Source of the DNA: Nocardioidaceae bacterium
GTDB taxonomy: Bacteria > Actinomycetota > Actinomycetes > Propionibacteriales > Nocardioidaceae
NCBI GenBank assembly: GCA_046330595.1
Contig: JAXLSN010000009.1
Location: 271,789 to 311,788, forward strand
Reading direction: 5' to 3'
DNA length: 40,000 bases
Shown here: piece by piece, positions 34,111 to 40,000 of the stretch
How the letters are laid out: each line of letters begins with the position of its first letter
How positions within the stretch are numbered: position 1 is the first letter of the stretch
Notes under the pieces: model-generated
Database searches by the model: none
Told to the model about the DNA's origin: nothing
What the model saw: the letters and a program-made list of their open reading frames with translations, nothing else
Made by a program: the position numbers and the translations under genes

Positions 34111-34247
34111 CCGACTGCGCCCCCTCCCTGGCGCCGTACCGAGCGCTGCTACCCCTTCGCTACCCCTGCGTCCCTAGCGTCGGTGCCGTCCTCCATCCGA
34201 GCTCGCAGGCCGGGCCCAGATCACGTTCACAGGAGAAGGGAACGACG

Positions 34248-35768
<1,521 letters not shown>

Positions 35769-35946
35769 GAGACGTCAGCGCTCGCTGGCGCCAGAGGCCT
35801 CGGAGCGGTCGCCCGAGTAGGACCGGATCCCCATCGGGGAGAAGGCACTAGGCCGCTCCGAGGCGGCGCACCCCCACCTGCGGCCGCCCCGCCCATCCCT
35901 GCCGGGACGGCCGCGCCATCCCACCACCCATGAGAAGGCGAGAACC

Positions 35947-36960
35947 ATGAAGGCAGCCGTCGTCAAGGACTTCAGCAGCCCGCTGGAGGTCACCGAGCTC
36001 CCCACCCCCGAGCCCGGCCCCGGACAGATCCTGGTCCGGATGGAGGCCTCCGGCCTGTGCCACACCGACATCCACGCCGCTCGCGGCGACTGGCCGGTCA
36101 AGCCGACCCCACCGTTCATCCCCGGCCACGAAGGCATCGGCCTGGTCGAGGCGGTCGGCCCCGGCGTCACCGAGCGAGCCGTCGGAGACCGGGTATCGAT
36201 CGCGTGGCTGGGCTCGGCCTGCGGTCACTGTCGCTACTGCATCTCCGGCTGGGAGACGCTGTGCGAGCAGCAGACCAACAGCGGCTATGGCGTCAACGGC
36301 GCCTGGGCCGAGTACGCCGTCGCGTCGGCGGCGTACTCGGTGGTCGTGCCCTCCAACGTGCTGCCGTTCGAGGCTGCGCCGCTCACCTGCGCGGGCGTCA
36401 CGACCTACAAGGCCGTCAAGGTCGCCGGCGTCCAGCCCGCCGAGCGGGTCGCGGTGTTCGGCATCGGCGGACTCGGCCACCTGGCCCTGCAATATGCCCG
36501 CATCGCCGGCGGCTTCGTGACCGCCGTGGACGTCGAGGAACCCAAGCTCGACCTCGCGCTCAGCCTCGGCGCCGACCACGTCGTCAACGCGCGGCACCAG
36601 GATCCGGTGGCGCGGATCAAGGACGAGATGGGCGGCGTCGATGTCGCGATCGTCCTCGCCGCGAGCTCGCAGGTCTTCGACCAGGCGCTGCGCAGCCTGC
36701 GCCGCGGTGGTCGCCTCGTCTGTGTGGCGCTCCCGGCGGACGGCACGCTCAACGTGCCGATCTTCGAGACCGTCCTCGGCGGCCTGTCGGTCATCGGGTC
36801 CATCGTGGGCACCCGCAACGACCTCACCGAGGTCTTCGACCTGCACGCCGCCGGCCGCACCCAGGTGATCGCCCAGCCGCGCAGCCTCGACGACGTCAAC
36901 GACTGCATCGAGGAGGTGCTGTCCGGCCAGGTGCCGGCCCGACTGGTGTTCGACTTCTGA
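35947..36960 (+). CDS. Zn-dependent alcohol dehydrogenase, AdhP/AdhA-type
   Basis: 337 aa. GLCHTDIH, GHEGIGLVEAVG, structural-Zn CGHCRYCISGWETLC, GIGGLGH Rossmann. GAGAAGG SD upstream. Confidence 0.95.
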   Translation: MKAAVVKDFSSPLEVTELPTPEPGPGQILVRMEASGLCHTDIHAARGDWPVKPTPPFIPGHEGIGLVEAVGPGVTERAVGDRVSIAWLGSACGHCRYCISGWETLCEQQTNSGYGVNGAWAEYAVASAAYSVVVPSNVLPFEAAPLTCAGVTTYKAVKVAGVQPAERVAVFGIGGLGHLALQYARIAGGFVTAVDVEEPKLDLALSLGADHVVNARHQDPVARIKDEMGGVDVAIVLAASSQVFDQALRSLRRGGRLVCVALPADGTLNVPIFETVLGGLSVIGSIVGTRNDLTEVFDLHAAGRTQVIAQPRSLDDVNDCIEEVLSGQVPARLVFDF

Positions 36961-36983
36961 TCGGTCGGCCCGGTCAGCGACGC

Positions 36984-37022
36984 ACTCCGGGGGAGGTCGG
37001 CGGAGCCGGTCTCCCCCGGAGT
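36984..37022. terminator. 12-bp stem hairpin between convergent adh and AbfB-domain genes (candidate bidirectional terminator)
   Basis: ACTCCGGGGGAG (36984-36995) pairs with CTCCCCCGGAGT (37011-37022) across a 15-nt loop. The flanks GCGACG / CGTCGC extend the stem imperfectly. Confidence 0.5.
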
Positions 37023-37045
37023 CTCGCTCGTCGCGCCGGCCCGGG

Positions 37046-37489
37046 TCAGTCGGCGGCTGCGGGGGCCTCGCGCTGGTAGTAGGTGGCGTCCTTGCGGAAG
37101 ATCTCGTCGTCGGGGCCCGCGGCCGGCTCGGCCCACAGGTGCAGGTCGCGATGCCGGATGAACCGGTCAGGGAAGTTCGCCGACTGGAACGAGATCCCCT
37201 CGGGGTCGGCGAGCCCGGGGACGACCCGGAACGACGAGTCGCGCAGGAACAGCTCGATGTCACCCTCGCGCCCCTGGAGGAAGACCCGGAAGTCGGAGTG
37301 GCGCAGGCAGAACATCGGGAAGTTGACCGACCGGAGTGCGAAGGTGCCGTCACGGCGGTCCTCCAGGCGCCAGGCGAAGTCGTCGTCGGGGACGCCACCA
37401 CCCTTCTGCGCCAGCTCGCCCATGAACTCCGAGTGCCGGATGAACCACCCGGGCATGTTGTGGGACTCGAAGTTCAACTTGACGGCCAT
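37046..37489 (-). CDS. Stand-alone AbfB-type (arabinofuranosidase-B carbohydrate-binding, beta-trefoil) domain protein
   Basis: Start MAVKLNFESHN at 37489. There are three trefoil-like subrepeats: FESHNMPGWFIRHSEF, LRSVNFPMFCLRHSDF, FQSANFPDRFIRHRDL. No signal peptide. The listed ORF extends to 37873, but that extension is rejected (see the rejected list). Confidence 0.7.
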   Translation of the reverse strand: MAVKLNFESHNMPGWFIRHSEFMGELAQKGGGVPDDDFAWRLEDRRDGTFALRSVNFPMFCLRHSDFRVFLQGREGDIELFLRDSSFRVVPGLADPEGISFQSANFPDRFIRHRDLHLWAEPAAGPDDEIFRKDATYYQREAPAAAD

Positions 37490-37562
37490 AGCCGTATTCC
37501 AGCGGAGTGGGGGCCGGTTGTCACTCTCAGCGGGCCGCTGAGCGAGTGAAGGTTCTCTCACT

Positions 37563-37790
37563 GGGTTGTGGCCGCACCCCGACCACAACCGGCTCAGGTC
37601 CGTTCCTCGATTGTGGCCGCACCTCGACCACATCCGGGTCAGGTCCGCTCCCGGGTTGTGGCCGCACCCCGACCACATCCGGGTCAGGTCCGCTCCCGGG
37701 TTGTGGCCGCACCCCGACCACATCCGGGTCAGGCCGGCTCCCCGGTTGTGGTCGCACCCCGACCACAACCAGGCTCCATTCCTGTCGCTG
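37563..37790. repeat. Five tandem 45-bp repeats, each with an internal hairpin (MIRU/VNTR-like intergenic array)
   Basis: Units start at 37566, 37611, 37656, 37701 and 37746, so the period is exactly 45. Consensus: TTGTGGCCGCACCCCGACCACATCCGGGTCAGGTCCGCTCCCGGG. Units 2-4 are nearly identical; units 1 and 5 diverge in the second half. Inverted repeat (GG)TTGTGG-N11-CCACA(ACC). Confidence 0.9.
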
Positions 37791-37805
37791 CTGATGGCGG
37801 AACCA

Positions 37806-38465
37806 TCAGCGCAGCGGCACCGGCACCCGCTCGGCGAGGTCGGCCGCGGAGATGCCGAAGGTCTCGCGGACAACCGCCCCGTCGGGGCCGAGGTCGATGA
37901 CAGCGTGGTCGGTATAGAGGCGGTCGACGCAGCCGACGCCGGTGAGCGGATAGCTGCAGGCGTCGACCAGCTTGGACGAGCCGTCCTTGGCGAACAGCGT
38001 CATCATCACGAAGATCTGCTTGGCCCCGATCGCGAGGTCCATGGCGCCGCCGACGGCCGGGATCGCGTCGGGGGCGCCGGTGTGCCAGTTGGCGAGGTCG
38101 CCGGTCGCCGAGACCTGGAAGGCGCCGAGCACGCACACGTCGAGGTGACCGCCACGCATCATCGCGAACGAGTCGGCGTGGTGGAAGTACGACGCCCCGG
38201 GCAGCTCGGTGACCGGGGACTTGCCGGCGTTGGTCAGGTCGGGGTCGATCTGGTCGCCCACGGCTGCCGGTCCCATGCCGAGCATGCCGTTCTCGGTGTG
38301 GAGGACGACACCGGAGTCAGCGGCCAGGTGGTCGGCCACGAGGGTCGGCTGCCCGATGCCGAGATTGACATAGGAGTCGCGCGGGATGTCGCGAGCGATC
38401 AGTGCCGCGATCTCGTCACGGCCGAGCGGACCACGGTCGAGGTGCTCCACGAGCGCGGCGTTCAC
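37806..38465 (-). CDS. 3-oxoacid CoA-transferase subunit B
   Basis: GTG 38465 overlaps the subunit A stop (GTGA). VNAALVEHLDRGPLGRDEIAALIARDIPRDSYVNLGIGQP..LHTENGMLGMG (catalytic Glu motif)..ATGDLANW..VGGAMDL. 219 aa. The listed 533-aa ORF N-terminus is spurious. Confidence 0.9.
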   Translation of the reverse strand: MNAALVEHLDRGPLGRDEIAALIARDIPRDSYVNLGIGQPTLVADHLAADSGVVLHTENGMLGMGPAAVGDQIDPDLTNAGKSPVTELPGASYFHHADSFAMMRGGHLDVCVLGAFQVSATGDLANWHTGAPDAIPAVGGAMDLAIGAKQIFVMMTLFAKDGSSKLVDACSYPLTGVGCVDRLYTDHAVIDLGPDGAVVRETFGISAADLAERVPVPLR

Positions 38466-39142
38466 GCAGCACCCCCGGTCGCCGATGAGACCGCAACGAC
38501 GCGGTCGACATAGATCCCGGGGGTGACGACCACCTCGGGATCGATCCCACCGGCCTCGACGACCTCGCCGACCTGGACGACGGTCGTGGTGGCCGCGGTC
38601 GCCATGACCGGCCCGAAGTTGCGGGCGGTCTTGCGATAGACCAGGTTGCCCCGACGGTCGGCGACGTGGGCCTTGATGAGCGCCACGTCGCCCTTGATCG
38701 GGTGTTCCAACACATAGGTCCGGCCGTCGATCACCCGCGTCTCCTTGCCTTCGGCCAGCGGCGTCCCCACGCCGGTGGGGCAGAAGAACGCCCCGATCCC
38801 GGCACCGGCGGCGCGCAGTCGCTCGGCGAGGTTGCCCTGGGGCACCACCTCGAGCTCGATGCGCCCGGCGAGGTAGAGCCCGTCGAAGACCCACGAGTCC
38901 GCCTGCCGCGGGAAGGAGCACACGACCTTGCGGACCCGGCCCTTCGCCAGCAGCGCGGCCAGACCGGTGTCGCCGTTGCCGGCGTTGTTGGACACGACCG
39001 TGAGGTCGGTCGCCCCCTGTCGGATGAGGGCGTCGATGAGGTCGACCGGCATCCCGGCCATGCCGAAGCCGCCGACGAGGACGGTCGAGCCGTCCTCGAT
39101 CCCGGACACCGCCTCGTCGACGGAGGCGCAAATGGTCGTCAC
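38462..39142 (-). CDS. 3-oxoacid CoA-transferase subunit A
   Basis: 226 aa. DGSTVLVGGFGMAGMPVDLIDALI..TVVSNNAG..FPRQADS..PQGNLAERLRAAGAGIGAFFCPTGVGT. ATGA overlap with the thiolase stop. Confidence 0.9.
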   Translation of the reverse strand: MTTICASVDEAVSGIEDGSTVLVGGFGMAGMPVDLIDALIRQGATDLTVVSNNAGNGDTGLAALLAKGRVRKVVCSFPRQADSWVFDGLYLAGRIELEVVPQGNLAERLRAAGAGIGAFFCPTGVGTPLAEGKETRVIDGRTYVLEHPIKGDVALIKAHVADRRGNLVYRKTARNFGPVMATAATTTVVQVGEVVEAGGIDPEVVVTPGIYVDRVVAVSSATGGAA

Positions 39143-40000
39143 GGCCGGTCACCCGACACGTTCTCGACGACCATCGCAAGGCCCTGGCCGACACCGATGC
39201 AGATCGCGGCCACGCCCCAGCGCTCCCCCGACTCGCGCAGGCGGGCGACCAGCGTGCCGAGGATCCGGCCGCCGGAGGCACCGAGCGGGTGGCCGATCGC
39301 GATCGCGCCGCCACGGGCGTTGACGATCTCGGGATCGACCCCCCACGCGTCGATGCAGGCGAGCGACTGGACGGCGAACGCCTCGTTGAGCTCGACCGCA
39401 CCGACATCGGCCCAGCCGATGCCGGCGCGGGCTAGCGCCCGGTCCGCCGCCTCCACCGGAGCGATGCCGAACCGCTGCGGCTCGAGCGCCGCCGCGCCAC
39501 GACCGGCGATCCGGGCGAGCGGCGCGAGCCCGATCAGGTCCGACGCCGACTCCGTCCCGAGCAGCACGGCGGACGCGCCGTCGTTGAGCGGCGAGGCGTT
39601 GCCGGCCGTGATCGTCCCGTCGGGCCGGAACGACGGCTTCAGCCCGGCCAGCGCCTCGGGAGTCGAGCCGTCGCGGATGCCCTCGTCGCGGGCCAGGTCG
39701 ACGCCCGGCACCGCCACAACAAGATCGTCATAGAAGCCCTCGGCCCACGCGGCGGCCGAGCGCGCATGCGACTGCGCGGCGAACGCGTCCTGCCGCTCGC
39801 GCGAGATGGCGAGCTCGTCGGCCAGCTGCTCGTTGGACTCCCCCAGCGAGACCGTCCACTCCCGCGGCATCCGGGCATTCACCAGTCGCCACCCGAGCGT
39901 CGTGGACACCGCGGTCACGTCCCCGGCCGGGAAACCCCGAGCCGGCTTGGGCAGCACCCACGGCGCCCGCGTCATCGACTCGACCCCGCCGGCGAGCGCC
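39139..40000 (-). CDS. Acetyl-CoA C-acyl/acetyltransferase (thiolase II, PcaF/FadA-like); 5' end beyond the window end
   Basis: C-terminal thiolase signatures NEAFAVQ, NARGGAIAIGHPLGASGGR and AAICIGVGQGLAM. The frame stays open upstream of the listed Met to the window edge (..LAGGVESMTRAPW). Confidence 0.9.
   Translation of the reverse strand, partial: ALAGGVESMTRAPWVLPKPARGFPAGDVTAVSTTLGWRLVNARMPREWTVSLGESNEQLADELAISRERQDAFAAQSHARSAAAWAEGFYDDLVVAVPGVDLARDEGIRDGSTPEALAGLKPSFRPDGTITAGNASPLNDGASAVLLGTESASDLIGLAPLARIAGRGAAALEPQRFGIAPVEAADRALARAGIGWADVGAVELNEAFAVQSLACIDAWGVDPEIVNARGGAIAIGHPLGASGGRILGTLVARLRESGERWGVAAICIGVGQGLAMVVENVSGDRP

Noticed and set aside
37563-37790. CRISPR array interpretation of the 45-bp periodic repeats
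   Set aside because: The whole 45-bp unit is repeated, including the part that would have to be a spacer. There are no unique spacers, no leader and no cas genes in the window.
37490-37873. N-terminal extension of the AbfB-domain ORF encoding 15-aa repeats (M/L)WSGCGHNPGADLTR, in frame through the repeat array
   Set aside because: The repeat itself has ~93% G/C third positions in this frame, but so does the complementary plus-strand frame, which is the expected mirror effect. The 75-nt linker between the array and ATG 37489 drops to ~60% GC3 and contains a strong hairpin (37527-37543). The extension would also have to start inside the CoA-transferase B gene. It is kept only as a remote possibility.

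Overview
This is a very GC-rich (roughly 70% by eye) actinobacterial-type chromosomal segment. It is almost fully coding, and I cannot support any rRNA, tRNA, CRISPR array, transposase or phage gene. Gene content, left to right: (i) 1-13.5 kb is an orphan catabolic/uptake island. It holds a Zn-ADH, a Dabb protein, three paralogous ATZ/TRZ-type amidohydrolases (one heavily frameshifted), two ketopantoate-reductase-family paralogs arranged as an inverted module duplication around an atypical SDR, and a CUT2 (ribose-type) ABC importer whose ATPase has a broken P-loop. (ii) 13.7-20.7 kb holds a fused E1 alpha-beta plus E2 2-oxoacid/acetoin-dehydrogenase-like pair, divergent VOC + GntR genes, a secreted propeller-like repeat protein and an LplA-like ligase. 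(iii) 20.8-25 kb holds a glycerol-kinase-like gene and two flavoprotein genes. (iv) 25.1-32.5 kb is the most interesting block: an ArsR-headed six-subunit complex-I / group-4-hydrogenase-like membrane module. Its large subunit has lost all four NiFe cysteine ligands (Ehr-type, function unknown). (v) 32.6-37 kb holds a GAF-SARP regulator, an aldehyde dehydrogenase and an alcohol dehydrogenase. (vi) 37-40 kb holds a stand-alone AbfB beta-trefoil protein, a 5 x 45-bp tandem hairpin repeat, CoA-transferase A/B and a thiolase whose 5' end is off-window. Non-coding structure includes a near-identical 27-nt palindromic element present five times at two convergent gene junctions, several candidate operators, and a possible coupled uORF. 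At least five genes carry reading-frame disruptions. These are either assembly indel errors or real decay, and I cannot tell which without reads.
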